Counted from the first letter of the stretch, positions 51,525 to 63,769 are shown. The stretch is DNA of 64,000 nt from Octopus bimaculoides (GCF_001194135.2 NC_068982.1:185635125-185699124); one strand, 5' to 3'. Translations and numbers: made by a program. The notes: generated by a model from the sequence alone, not told the origin.

Positions 51525-51835
51525 TTTTTATTTCAGGTTTTGTTGTAATTCATGGAGTCTTGTATGGATAGTAGGCTTGCTGCCTGCAGCCTGCAGCCTA
51601 TGGTACAGTACTATCTGTTCTTTTCAACCATCTAATACTTTCCTGATTATTCTGGTTGTGCCAAAGAAGCAAACTTTTGTAACAGTTCTACTGGGAACTC
51701 TATTCTTATTTCCTTTATGTTCCTTTTGATACCTGCTGATACTGTCCCCAAGGAACCAACAATAATAGGCACTTTCTTCACCCTCTTCATTTTTCATAGC
51801 TGGGCTATTTCGTATTATTGTTATTATTATTATGG
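51525..51835 (-). mobile_element. R4/Dong-type 3' fragment
   Basis: VPIIVGSLGTVS and (fs) KVCFFGTTRIIRKVLDG*, then a 3' UTR ending in an (AAT)-rich tail. Confidence 0.75.
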
Positions 51836-52049
51836 CTGCCATAAAAGCCCTGTGTGTTCATTTTATCATTACGATTGAATTCTGAGATTGTCTGGACTGT
51901 GCAGATACTATTTTTGTGTAGAAACACACCCTGTCTTGCAGGGGTGTGCATTAATATTTTTGAATTTAAAAAATCTTCGGCAAAAGCAAATATTTTGCAG
52001 TTTTCTATAATTATTTAAAGATAGCTGGTAAAACAGCCATCATAAGGTT

Positions 52050-52510
52050 TAACAAAGAAACATGCTCCTTCTCGGAAAATTGAGAGCGAGGGAAAAAATG
52101 AGAACATAGATATTGAATAGCCTAAACTTAATGACGTCACCTAAGCGAATAATTTTTCATCTCTAAGCAACGTCAAAACTTTTGGTGTCGACAATGAGAA
52201 CAACAGCAACAGCAGCAACAGTGACAGCAACAACAACAACAATAACAACAGCAACAACAATACAAAAGAAATGAAACATAAAATGCAAATATTGCCTCTG
52301 CTTCTTTTGCATTTTTGGTGAGAGTTATAATATGATGTTTGATATGTGTGATGTATAACAATATGACATTTAGAGAGACAAATTATCATATAATGTGAAA
52401 ATATTAAGTGTCATGGAGTTACGCAGTTTGCCACGGGATAATATTGAATTAGTTACCTGATTGTGGTTTTCCATCGAGAGAATCCTTTATAAGGTTCCTG
52501 ATTTCCGAAA
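52050..52510. promoter_or_regulatory. CpG-retaining patch with CRE (TGACGTCA 52132-52139) and an X-box-like half site (CTAAGCAAC)
   Basis: Local cluster of CpGs in an otherwise CpG-poor gene body. Motifs seen directly; function inferred. Confidence 0.35.
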
Positions 52511-52541
52511 TGACATTATCTTGTTTGGTATCTTTATCAAT
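52457..52541 (-). CDS. AK5-like: AK-like gene, exon c (IDKDTKQDNVISEIRNLIKDSLDGKPQS+G nt)
   Basis: Acceptor tttttgtcttccttgtcAG, donor GTaact, 85 nt, phase 0-1. Resembles the AK C-terminal ID....D.V..EI...I helix. Confidence 0.8.
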
Positions 52542-52689
52542 CTGACAAGGAAGACAAAAAGCTATAGACAACTGTGGTGAGGGTCATAACATGATGTATA
52601 TGATGGATTCTTCCATTGAAGATGATGTATGAGTGTTCAGCAAGAAGACAGATAAAAAAAAAGATCCATCCTAATTGACAATCAACAAC

Positions 52690-55600
52690 ACACTCACATT
52701 ACTATTAATACTATTCACCAATGTTTACATTTGGTGATTCCTCATGTGAGTCCTCAGGCCACCAAAAGCAATATGGATATGAGTATGAACATGACTTATT
52801 AAAACCAACACATGATCTAGCTGAGAAATCACAATGTGAACAATGGTGATTTGCAAGAAGACTGTTTTTCAATTGGTTTCTTGTCCTACTTTCCTGTAAC
52901 TGCTCTTGATGAAGTATCCTTTGAATTTCAAAATTTTGAAGCTGGAAAAAGCACTTTCTCCTCCAGTCTGCATGGTTTCTTGCAAGATTCTCAATGTTTT
53001 CTTTCCTAATACTTGACTGTCTCAAATTATCTTTGAATTCATCCTTATATGACAGAAGTGGCCAGCCTACATTGTGTCATGAATTTAGAAGCTGACTATG
53101 AAAGAGTTGTTTTGGTATTTGATCATTATTCAATGGAAGGATGTGTCCACACCATCCCATTTGAGATTTGATCAAAAACGCCTTTGTACCAGATATTCCA
53201 CACATTTCCAGGATAGTACTATTCTTCACTCTATCATCCCTCTCAGTCTTGCATATTTGCCTAAGACATCTCATATGAAAGTTGTTCAGCTGACTGATGT
53301 GCCTGTGATAAGATGTTCAGGCCTCTGCTCCATATAAAAGAGTTGTTAGGACAACTGACATATACATGTCAATTTTTGTCCTTACTGAGACATCATGGGC
53401 ATTCTAAAGTTGATCATAAAGTGTTTGGCACCCAAACACAACCTTGTTTTGTACTATTTTTAGCATCAAAAGACTGAGACTGACTGCCATTTGAGAGAAT
53501 GGATGCCTTCATATCTTTATGCAGAGATACTATGACATTTAGCATTTGCTTGGAAATCTTGAGCTTTGCTAATATTTTCCACAAATCCTGCTGGTATGCA
53601 GAGTTAAAGGCTTTTGTAAGGGCAACAAATACCACATAGAAGTCTTTATTGTGCTCCTGGGCCTTCTTCCAAACTTGTCACAAACTGAATATAATATCCA
53701 CTGTTCCTCAGCTTGACCTAAACCCACACTGACTGTCTGGATAGACCGAATTGACTAAGTCAGTATTAATTCTGTTTAAAATGACTCTAGAGAGAATTTT
53801 TTCTTGCAACAGATAGCTGTGATATGTCACAATGTTTGTCACTTTCACACCTATTATCTTTATACTTATATAGATAGAATCATTGTGTCTTTCAATTGTT
53901 GAGGAACAGTTTCTATTTGCAACATTTGGACTATAAGCTCTGTCAATTTATTAAAATATTTTCATTACATTTAAAAATTTATCCATGAATACCATCCACT
54001 CCTGGTCTTTTCCATTTGTCAGTTGTTTCATAGCCACTTTTACTTCATCAAAACATGTATCAAATGCAAAAGAGTTAATTAATGGTCTTTGTGGGGGATA
54101 TTATTGAGTTCATATCTACATTTGGATCTCTATTGAGTACATCTTTAAAATGTTCTGCCCAACATTTCAGTATGTCATTATGATCTGCAAGAAGATTCTC
54201 TTCAGTAGAAAGAACAGGAGAGCATCCTTTACTTGGACCAAATACTCCATTCAAATTTTGATAAAGACCTTTTATGTGATGTTTTTCAGCTGATTCTTGC
54301 AGAGCTTTTAGCTTTTCGATCCCACCACTGTTGCTTTATTTTTTTTAGTTTAATTTGAACAGAGTTTTTGGCAGACTTGTAAAACTTTTTCTTTCTAGCA
54401 GTGTCTGCAATCCATTTTTTGTGAAATCTGTGGATTTCTTGAAACTGTTAATTTAATTTCATTAAACCAATCCTGGTTTTTACAGCATGAAAACCCACAA
54501 ACTTCTCTGGATGACTCATAAATAATATCTCTAAGTTGAACCTATAACTCTTCTATATTTTCTGTGATTCTAACATTATGTAACTTTTCATCAAGTGCTT
54601 GAGTAAGAATATCCTTGCCATCTACTTTGAGCTATGAAATATCAAGTCTCCTTATGAATTTTTTACAATTTTGTTTTATAGTTAGCTTTGGTCTTACTTT
54701 TATCTTACTATAGACCACAGTTTCATCAGACCAGTATTCTGCCTTATGGAAAGAACATGCTAGGTTAACATCATTTCTATCTTGGCTTTGACAATCACAT
54801 AGTCAATCAAGTGACCATTACCTTGTCTAGGATGATACCAAGTTATTTTGTTTTTATTGGACTGTTGAAAAAGTGTATTGGTGGCAGGAAGTCCAAACTC
54901 ACTGCACAAAAATAGTAACAGGAGTCCATTTGTGTTCATTTTGCCAAGACCATCCTTATTTAGAATATTTAGCCAAGAAAGTAATCTGATCTAACATAAG
55001 CATTAAAATCTCCTAAAAGAAAAATTCTATCTTGATTGGTAATTTGGTTCAATGATATTCATAAATCAGTATAGAGCTTATCTTTAGCTGCACCTATAGA
55101 ATCAAGTGTGGGTATGTATGCACTTACTAGTGTAGCATATTCTTCTAGGCCAATTGGGATTCACAATAACATAAAACGATTATTAGTTCCATTTGATAAG
55201 GATTCTAGTTTATGTACAATATCAATACAAATAGTGTAACCCACACCAGATTCTCTTTTTTCTGCCTTGGATTTACCAATATAGAAGGACCTGTACTCTC
55301 CAAATACTTCATTTAGTTAACCAGAATCTGGTAGCCTTGTCTTCAAAAGAACAGCAGTGCTAACATTTTTACTTCTCAGAAACCAATCTATTTTATGCTC
55401 AGGATGCTTCTTGTGATCTTGGAGTGTGCATACGTTCCAAGCTGCTACACACATATCTATTTCTTTACCCTTTTTCCTTTGTCTTCTCATATTTCTTGAC
55501 TGCATGGTTGAAAATCTCGTCATTTGCAGTATAATGAGCAAGCAATTTTTAGGGCACTTTTTCTAGCTCTGTCACCATACATGCAGAGCCATCTTAAATA

Positions 55601-55960
55601 GGCTGCTTTGTAGTTAAGAAGAGGACATGGACTGTAAAGTTGCTCATATAAATTTCACAGAATGGCTATCTATTTCTTGCCATCATGCTTGCAAAGCTCA
55701 AGCTAGAGACCTCCAGTGACTTTCTCCATCAGTCCTTGTCACTATCACTTCATTGCCATAAGATTTGATTTGTCTTCATGTTGTCACTGAGTGATCTGCA
55801 CTATGAGTTTGTTTAAAGGGGAATTTACTTGAGTTGGATAAAACACACTCACTCAACCTGTACTGGTGCACAATGTGCCACTTGTCAGATGCAGATTAGG
55901 TTGCAGATCAAGTAGTGATGGTATGGCTTGATCAACCAATGGGTTGAGGGTTGGTGGCTC
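52690..55960 (-). mobile_element. Old near full-length RTE (BovB-like) LINE
   Basis: AAWNVCTL (APE start), HLIDYVIV, FV.LTKAFNS, KQGCV..P, MRCLRQI, WCGHIL..PKQLFHSQL, C-terminal HHCSHC finger. Confidence 0.88.
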
Positions 55961-55994
55961 AACACATATACTTATACAAAAAATAAAAAATATT

Positions 55995-56045
<51 letters not shown>

Positions 56046-56139
56046 ATATAAATATATCAAAAATATAATTACAATTTAAAAATATAAATAAATAAAAGTA
56101 TATAAATGAAATATAGCCACTCCACATTCTTTATTTTCT

Positions 56140-56290
56140 TTCCTTGTTTCTATCTGCGTTCTTTTCTGTGGAAGAGCGTAGGCTCGAAACGTTAAAGACT
56201 TTTTCACTTCCCAAGCGTTATACTAATACATCTGTTTGTTGTCTACACCACCTGTCTTTGTCTGTTGTTTATTGTGAATTCTCCCTATAT
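56140..56290 (+). mobile_element. Penelope-like pLTR remnant with degenerate hammerhead core
   Basis: CTGTGGA-A-GAGC-gtag-GCTC-GAAACGTTA (56166-56194): stem II GAGC/GCTC, palindrome AACGTT. Confidence 0.55.
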
Positions 56291-56981
56291 ATATACACAC
56301 ACACACACATATACACACACTTTGTTGGATGGTTGTTGACTACTCATGATATATATATATTATATGCCAAGTTCCATATCAAGCATTTATTATTTGGCTT
56401 CAGTGTATTAAAAACTATACTTTACTTCACTACGTATATGTGCATCCATGTATATGAAATGTAAACTATTATTACAACATCAGTATTAATATAAAGGCCA
56501 TTTCACTTTAAGTATAAACTCTAGAGTATATGTAAATGAATGATCTAAATTTGATTTAAATTATATTCATGCACCATTATACTTAAAAATTCTATACATA
56601 CAAATGCTTACAAATCAATATTTAATAGCATTTTGTGCTAACAATTGTATCTTTATTTTTGTGTTCGCATCATACACTTACACTCTCAAAATCTTGAATA
56701 TCAAACTGTTTCTCATACTATTTACACTTTTATAATCATGCCGACACCAAACATTTTTAACCTTTATATCACATATATACCAGAACTCTTTCGTTTAACT
56801 TTTGTATCATCTATATGCCAAGTCTTTTTCTCTAACAGCTTTTGTGATGCAATGTTGAAAGTTCAATGGAGGCAACTGAGGTGTTCCAAAGTGTTTAATA
56901 GTCACTCACCTTCTTTTGCTCAAATCATAGTTAATGACTTGGAAAGTGAGTGTATAAAATAAACAAAGAATGAAGGAAGAA

Positions 56982-57049
<68 letters not shown>

Positions 57050-57185
57050 TTCCTTTATTGATCACAAAGGGTTTACATCAAGAAAAACTTTATACACAGT
57101 ACAGGACAAAACATGGAATGTGTGTGTTTGTGTGTTGTGAAGGTTTTGCAATAATAATAATAATGATGATGATGATGATGATGAT

Positions 57186-57357
57186 AATAATAAAATACTG
57201 AAAACTTGGAACTGAAATTCGCATTGTTGACCTGCAGAAAAGTATCATTCTATATTCTGCAAGAATACTAAGAAAGATTCTTGAGGAGATATGTTGTTGC
57301 CAAACCTAACCTCAAGATAAAATACCTGCTAACCAAATTAGCATTCACTAGCAAAAA

Positions 57358-57360
<3 letters not shown>
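57186..57360 (+). mobile_element. R4/Dong-type 3' end embedded in (TAA)n
   Basis: IVDLQKSIILYSARILRKILE plus 3' UTR, with (AAT)n on both sides. Confidence 0.75.
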
Positions 57361-57402
<42 letters not shown>

Positions 57403-57403
<1 letters not shown>

Positions 57404-57870
57404 GATGGGCTACAGCAAATATTCTAAAAAGGGCTACAGCAAATATTCTGCTCAATACCGCAGATTTGCTTGTCAGTTGTTTGACCTTAACCAGTTGAGC
57501 ATGACCCTTGGTGGCTGACAATATGTGCATCTCTGATCACGAGCAGAAGTAGTGGGGGAACATCATAGCCATGTATTGAGAGGAAGTCTTTGGGGTTTGG
57601 ATAATTCACCTCTGGAAATACTGATGTTTCCTTCAACATCCTTAAACAACCCTTATTTAAGGACCATTTGAACGGGATAGACTACTCGACCTGAAGAAAA
57701 TTCTAACTGGGCCCCACCTGCAAGGTCATGCGCTGTTTATCTTGATATGAGATCACCATGTCGTACACATATGATTGTGATGCATGTGCCTTGTGTACCC
57801 TTATCAGATGGGTAGTCCTGGGCTTCGTATATTTGTACCCCAGTGTCACTTTGATGGCATGCACTGCTCT
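57403..57870. repeat. Interspersed repeat remnant(s), probably LINE/SINE tail, with a 19-bp tandem duplication (gggctacagcaaatattct x2)
   Basis: The duplication is visible; family assignment is uncertain. Confidence 0.4.
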
Positions 57871-58349
57871 CTCACTCAATAATAGCAACAACAATGACAG
57901 GAACAGGAACAAGAACAACAACAATGAAAATAACGAATTTTTTTATTAATCACAAGGGTTGGCTAAAAGATCGAGTATGGTACAGAATGATATCGAGTGA
58001 GGTTTCATGTACAGAATGATATCGTGTGATGTTTCATGAACAAGGTGTAAACAAGTGAAATAAGAAAAATAAGAAAAAAAGTTTGAGAGCTATTTGTGAA
58101 AACCCCACAAAAGCAATAGTCACCCCGAGTAGTAAAGCAAACACCCTCTCTTAGCTGTCCTCCTCCAATATATATGCACATGCTCAGAGCAGGCCTGTTC
58201 ACTCAGGTCATACTTGCTATACTCATCCATCTTTCAACAAATTTGCTGGGAGGCAGCAGTTTCTTCTCTAAACCTACTTCCCTTTTCAACTGAAAGTTGA
58301 AAAAGTTGTAGGTCTGGATAAAAAGGAAAGTGTCTTTCACCAAGGCCTT

Positions 58350-59535
58350 TAATAATAATAATAATAATAATAATAATGAAATTATTGTATACAGTGCTCA
58401 GGTGTTCTGCAACTTGTCAACAGTGCATATAAAGCATATGCAGTATTGTACAAATGCCTGGAAAGTGAACAGTGTATGAGTCAGATACATGCTTGCGTGT
58501 GTATGGAGGGGAGAAAATCAAGTGTAGTGTTGGCGAATCCCAGGAAGCATGGAAGTTTTGAAGGATGCAGTGCTCCGACAACTAACAACTGATGCCAGCA
58601 GTTTCTTTCATACTTCAGCAACTCTTAGCGTGAAAAAGTGTTTCCGAAAGTCATGGGAGCTGTGCTGTTTTCTGACTTTGTAAACATGTCCACGGGTGTT
58701 AGACAGGTGGAGTCTGAAAAGGTGCTCAGAGTTATTGTTAGTAAGACGGTTAATAATTTTATAGGTGTCTGCCAAGTCGGCCACCAGACATCGGAGTTTC
58801 AATGTATCCATGCCCAGGGAAGTAAGGCGTTTGGAATATGGCAAATGCCTGATGGAGGGTATTCTCTTGGTTGCATGTTGCTGAACGGTTTCCAGACGAT
58901 AAATATCCTGGGCAAGATAGGGGTTCCAGACCGGAGACACAAATTCCAGGTGAGGCCACACCATAGCTATATAAAGCCTCAAATAGATAGCTGAAGAGCA
59001 GCTCACAAAGTACTTGGTAAGTGATGCCTAGACACCCTCAGCCTTCTTGGCAATTTTAGCAATGTGTTTTAACCAACGAAAATCTCTGTCGACAATAATG
59101 TCCAGATCACGTTCACAAGAAGACATTTTGAGATTAGTGTTGTGGAGGGAGTAAGTAGATGCTGGGTTTTTCCTCCCAAAATGCATGGTGGTACATTTGT
59201 CCACAGCCAGCTTGAGTTGCCATTCCATGATCTATTGCTGGATTGCGTCCAGGTCTGATTGCAATAAAGATCTATAGTGTACAGGATTTGTCCTTTTTAT
59301 TTCGAGGTACAGCTTGATGTCATCTGCATATTTCAGCACTGTGGCATTCTTTAAGTTGGCATTTATGTCATTAATATATGCAACAAATAAAAGGGGTCCA
59401 AGAACAGATCCCTGTGGTGCACCAGATGTCATCTCATAGGGTGAAGAGTGCTGTCCAAGAACTGTGACAACCTCTTTTCGGCCGATAATGAAGGACTTCA
59501 ACCAGTTATAGAGATCATCTCCTACACCCAGATAA
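58350..59535 (-). mobile_element. CR1-clade LINE 3' part with (ATT)n tail
   Basis: SGAPQGSVLGPLLFVAYIND, KYADDIKLY, LQSDLDAIQQW, RPHLEF.SPVWNPY..DI..LE.VQ..ATK, TRGHVYK...FF..RV. Confidence 0.95.
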
Positions 59536-59944
59536 AAAATGACTACTCTTTCTGGCTAAAAGTAGGCAGTGGAATGATCTTTCCAGTAGATTCAGCAGTT
59601 TGACATAACTCCACAAACCAGCAATGCTTGGGTACTGTGTGAACAGTTTCAATGCCCTCTTCATATCTTGGACAGACTGGGATTTTTGGAAATTATCCCT
59701 GCATGCTGACCTGTAAGTTCCTTGGAAGGGACGAACCAGATAATTTTCATTGATTTCCAGAGTTTTCTAAAGATTGTTGCTCATTTTCCTCACCCTAATT
59801 ATCTGTAGAATACCAACATGAAACTTACGCCCATCACATTACCAAATTGGCAGAGAGTTTTGAGTGCTTGATAATATTTCAAACATCAAACTCCCAGACT
59901 TGGTCTTTACTTTCTTTTCTTTTATAATAAAAGTAACACAATAT

Positions 59945-60520
59945 ATCTTGACTAGGATCTAAACAAACTGAAAAATCCAGCAGAAGAAGATTTGAGAAAA
60001 ACTTCAACCAAGATCAAAAGTTAACAGAAGAAATGACAGTTCCAAGTGTTATGCATACAAAATTTGCTGAAACTGTCATGGTTTTAGGGATTGTCAGCAA
60101 TGAAGGACATGTGATGCCTTCTTACTTCTTTCTACAAGGCCTTAGAGTTAACTCTGCCACCTACATTGAGGTCCTGGAAACAATTGTTACGCCCTGGATA
60201 GACTGTGTATGCAATGGAATGCCATATGTGTTTCAGCAAGACTCTGCACTATCACACATGACTCTAGTAACACAAGAATGGATGGCTGTAAATTTTCATG
60301 ATCACATATTTGACCTCCTAATTTCCCACATCTCAATCTATTGGACTATTACATGTGGAGCATTGTTGAGAGAGAAGGCAATGAACATGGCCATAACACA
60401 AAAGATTCTATGAGAGCTGCCAGAGTCAGAGGAATGTCCAAAATGAACCAGGACAAGCATGTAGATGATTTAAAGTAAGGGATATCTTTATGGAAGTGTA
60501 AACATATTACACTACAGAAG
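59945..60520 (+). mobile_element. Second maT/DD37D-like transposase remnant
   Basis: EKNFNQDQKVNRRND; TVMVLGIVSNEGHVMP..YIEVL..PYVFQQDSA..H; NLLDYYMWSIVER. Confidence 0.85.
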
Positions 60521-60770
60521 TAGTAATCTAACACTAGAAAGAACAACAGCTTCACTCATTAGAGTTTTGAACCCTATATCAACCACCAATTACATTCTAT
60601 TTGATCAAATTAGATTATGTCATCTATAAATGTTGTGTTTCATTTCCTCTGCTCATTTAACTGTCCTGTTTACATAACTTTTTTGTAAATACTTTATTGG
60701 TTAAGTGTTTAGTTTTTGTTTCATGAAGTTTTCCAGCCATGCCCATTATTTTTTTATATTTCAGATTTAG

Positions 60771-61343
60771 TACGCTGTGCATGAGAAGACCCGGCAAGCT
60801 AAGTGAGACCTAAATCCAAGGCCTCCGCCAGGGGTGTAGCCAGCCCACTTATGCATACCTTCATTCATTGGACACTAAACGCTTGCGAAGACCTGTTGAG
60901 GCAAGTGAAATCGGAATCGAAATCGAACTAAATTCAACGACTGGCACCCATGCCAACGTTGTCTCCTCCATTGGACACGAAACTCGGCTTGTGAAGACAT
61001 GTTGGGGCAAGTGAAAGCAAAATCGTGATGGCACCTGTGCCCAGCGTCACCTTCCTGGCACAAGTGCCAGGAAGGCTCCTGTGCAGGTGGCACGTAAAAT
61101 ACACCATTTTGAGTGTGGCCGTTGCCAGTACCACCTGACTGGCCTTTGTGCTGGTGGCACGTAAAAGCACCCACTACACTCTCGGAGTGGTTGGCGTTAG
61201 GAAGGGCATCCAGCTGTAGAAACTCTGCCAGATTAGATTGGAGCCTGGTGTAGCCATCTGGTTCACCAGTCCTCAGTCAAATCGTCCAACCCATGCTAGC
61301 ATGGAAAGCGGACGTTAAACGATGATGATGATGATGATGATGA
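60771..61343 (+). mobile_element. Longest young RTE 3' UTR copy, (GAT)n tail
   Basis: 5' part matches the UTR that follows the ORF at 33460-34850; 3' part matches all tail copies. Confidence 0.92.
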
Positions 61344-61570
61344 ACACTATATTATCCAAAGTGATATTTTCAGAAGTTGAAGAGGGTATTGTTTTAAACT
61401 TCTATATCTAGCAGAATGAGTGACCTTATAAGGCATCCTCATTGACTCTTCAGCTACCTAGTTCTCTAATTAGTGCTTATAATGTGGAATATCCTCATTA
61501 CAAAATATCAATTGCTAATTAATAATTTACAGAACCATATTTGAAAATCTGTAGGAAAGCAAAATCTTAC

Positions 61571-61771
61571 TTCAATTAATTTATTAATTCTCTTGTAATG
61601 TGCAATAACTGGACTCATTCGTTCTTTGTAAGTTTGGACATGAAGAGCAATCAATCCTGGGATGTTTGCATTTATATCAACCTTTGCTTGTAACTTTGTA
61701 AGACATTTCTCAATGGTCGTTGATTCTTCAGTATGTATGTAAACCACAACTATAATCTGGTCAGTTTTTAT
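61571..61771 (-). CDS. AK5-like: AK-like gene, exon b (IKTDQIIVVVYIHTEE...HVQTYKERMSPVIAHYKRINKLIE)
   Basis: Acceptor ttttctcatcatttAG, donor GTaaga, 201 nt, phase 0-0. Matches the AK beta4/LID/PVI.YY..L segment; overlaps ORF 61508..61747. Confidence 0.88.
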
Positions 61772-62261
61772 CTAAATGATGAGAAAAGTGAGAAAGATAA
61801 TTATTCAATTGTCTCTGCTTGGGGTTGAGTTTTCAAACCAACTAATTTATGGCGGGTGTCTACTTTATACATGCAAATATCTGAGATGAGTTGTTGGTCA
61901 TGTTACACGGAGTATTTATATTACTATTAATAGTTTTATATTATATTATTTTTAATGACCTTTGGGATTGATGAACGGACATTTTTACTGCTTTGTAAAG
62001 GAAAGAAGGACAATGCTTAACCTAACCCTTTATTTATTTCAGGATCTCTAAGGCTGTTGAGAATTTAGGAAATTACTTCAGATGAGAGACCTTGCCCAAA
62101 TATTTGCAGCACCTTAAATTTTACTAAAGGCATCTAAAGATTAGGTGGTAGTAGTGTTAAACTGAGTAATGGATGAAGTCTACTACCCAAGAACTTGGAA
62201 CATAAAGAACCACAACAAATGCTTCATAGTTTCGTAGTTAATATAACTCATCAGGCAACAT

Positions 62262-62618
62262 GCCATGCTTGAGGAAACCTATTGAATCAAGTAAATCAAA
62301 ATCAAATCAAATCACAATCAAATGGAAACTGGAGTTGTGGCCGATACCAGTGCTGCCCGGCTGGCTCCCCTGCTGGTGGCACGCAATAAGCACCATTCAT
62401 GCTTGGGTTGTTGCCAGAGCTGCCTGACTGGCTTCCATGCCGGTGGCATGTAAAAAACACCCACTACACTCTTGGAGTGGTTGGCGTTAGGAAGGGCATC
62501 CAGCTGTAGAAATATTGCCTGATCAGATTGGAGCCTGGTGCAGCCTCCTGGCTTGCCAGTTCCCAGTCAAACCGTCCAACCCATGCCAGCATGGAAAATG
62601 GACGTTAAACGATGATGA
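62262..62618 (+). mobile_element. Older RTE 3' UTR copy
   Basis: ggtggcacgcaataagcacc...ggagtggttggcgttaggaagggcatccagctgtag...aaacgatgatga. Confidence 0.88.
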
Positions 62619-62927
62619 GGTTGTAAATAGACATTCCAAAGATGAGGCTTATATGTGGAAACAATAATGTGAATTCCTTCTACCATAGACCTGTATTTAT
62701 TTTGAATAGACAACCACTTACAGCAGTTAGATAACAATAAGAATATGAAGAAAATAAAGCAGGTGAGGGTTATTAACTGTCTCAACCAAATTAGCAAAAC
62801 TATATGTAATTTCTACAACTAGCCTGAGTGAATTAGTCAAGAGTTGTCTGCCTATCATGGAAACAAATTTGTGCTCACATAAAGTAGTGGAGTGATGAAG
62901 TCAGTGGTGTAAAACTGAAGTACTCAC

Positions 62928-63032
62928 GCAATTTTCAAAAGCTGCAACCTGCTCCATGGTTGTAGGATAATCTACCACAATAAAACATCGAGCTTCTGGA
63001 CATTTATCAAGGTTTTTCTGAATAAAACTTCT
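62928..63032 (-). CDS. AK5-like: Adenylate kinase (AK1/AK5-like) gene, exon a (domain A: RSFIQKNLDKCPEARCFIVVDYPTTMEQVAAFENC)
   Basis: Acceptor cttctaattttgcAG, donor GTgagt, 105 nt, phase 0-0. PEARCFIVVDYPT..EQ...FE matches the AK segment GFLIDG(F/Y)PR..Q...F. Confidence 0.85.
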
Positions 63033-63099
63033 CTGCAAAATTAGAAGCAATAAAAAAAAATAAATGACATGTAAGGAATTAGAGAATAGTTGTTTCTAA

Positions 63100-63420
63100 T
63101 TTAGGTACAAGGCCAGTAACTTTGAGGGGAGGGTTTAGTTGATACCATTGACTCCAGTACTTGACTGGTACTTTATCTTATTGACCTTAAAGGAATGAAA
63201 GACAACGCTGACCTCGGCAGAATTTGATCTCAGAGTGTAGAGGGCTGGAACAAACACTGAAAAGCATTTTCTCCAATCTTCCAACAATTTCTACCAGCTT
63301 GCTGCCTTAAATAATAATGGTTGTTGACTTAGGCATAAGGCCAATAGTTTTGGGGGAAGGCATTAGTTGTTACTATCGACCCCAGCTCATAATCTGGTAC
63401 CTTATTTTATAGACACCAAA
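63100..63420 (-). mobile_element. SINE family A copy (63100-63310) plus a partial second copy
   Basis: aggtacaaggcc...ggtacttt...gacctcggcagaatttgatctcag...ccagcttgctgcc. Confidence 0.8.
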
Positions 63421-63769
63421 ATAGTTGATTAACTCCAGGTTGATCTGAATGAGCAAACTGATGATCAAAAGCCTTTAACTAAGACTATCCCATCTTTTTC
63501 TTGGAAAATGTGCACCTATCACTACATTATCTAATGTGTCCCTTCCTTTTCTGTATAGATGGTTTGATTAAATGGAGATTTAACTGCTATATCTAGCTTG
63601 TTGAGTGACAAGAGTTTTCTTTGTTGGATTGACATTTTTACATATTTTCAAGAAAGGTCGGATACATGGATGGAAGCAGTGGTGAAAAAGACTGAAAATC
63701 AGATACCATGTTAGTCCACATTGTTTAAAATCCAGAAATGTGATATAAAGTCTAAGTACTGTGTTATTT

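Noticed and set aside
56682-56937. Extra minus-strand micro-exons (28 nt at 56910-56937; segment ending at a GTaagt donor at 56681)
   Set aside because: The splice-like sites are good, but the phases do not fit the b-to-c phase-0 junction, in-frame stops occur, and the AK alignment needs no insert here.
60771-61180. CRISPR-like or satellite array in repeated modules
   Set aside because: These are internal duplications within a LINE 3' UTR. There is no constant repeat with unique spacers, and the context is eukaryotic.
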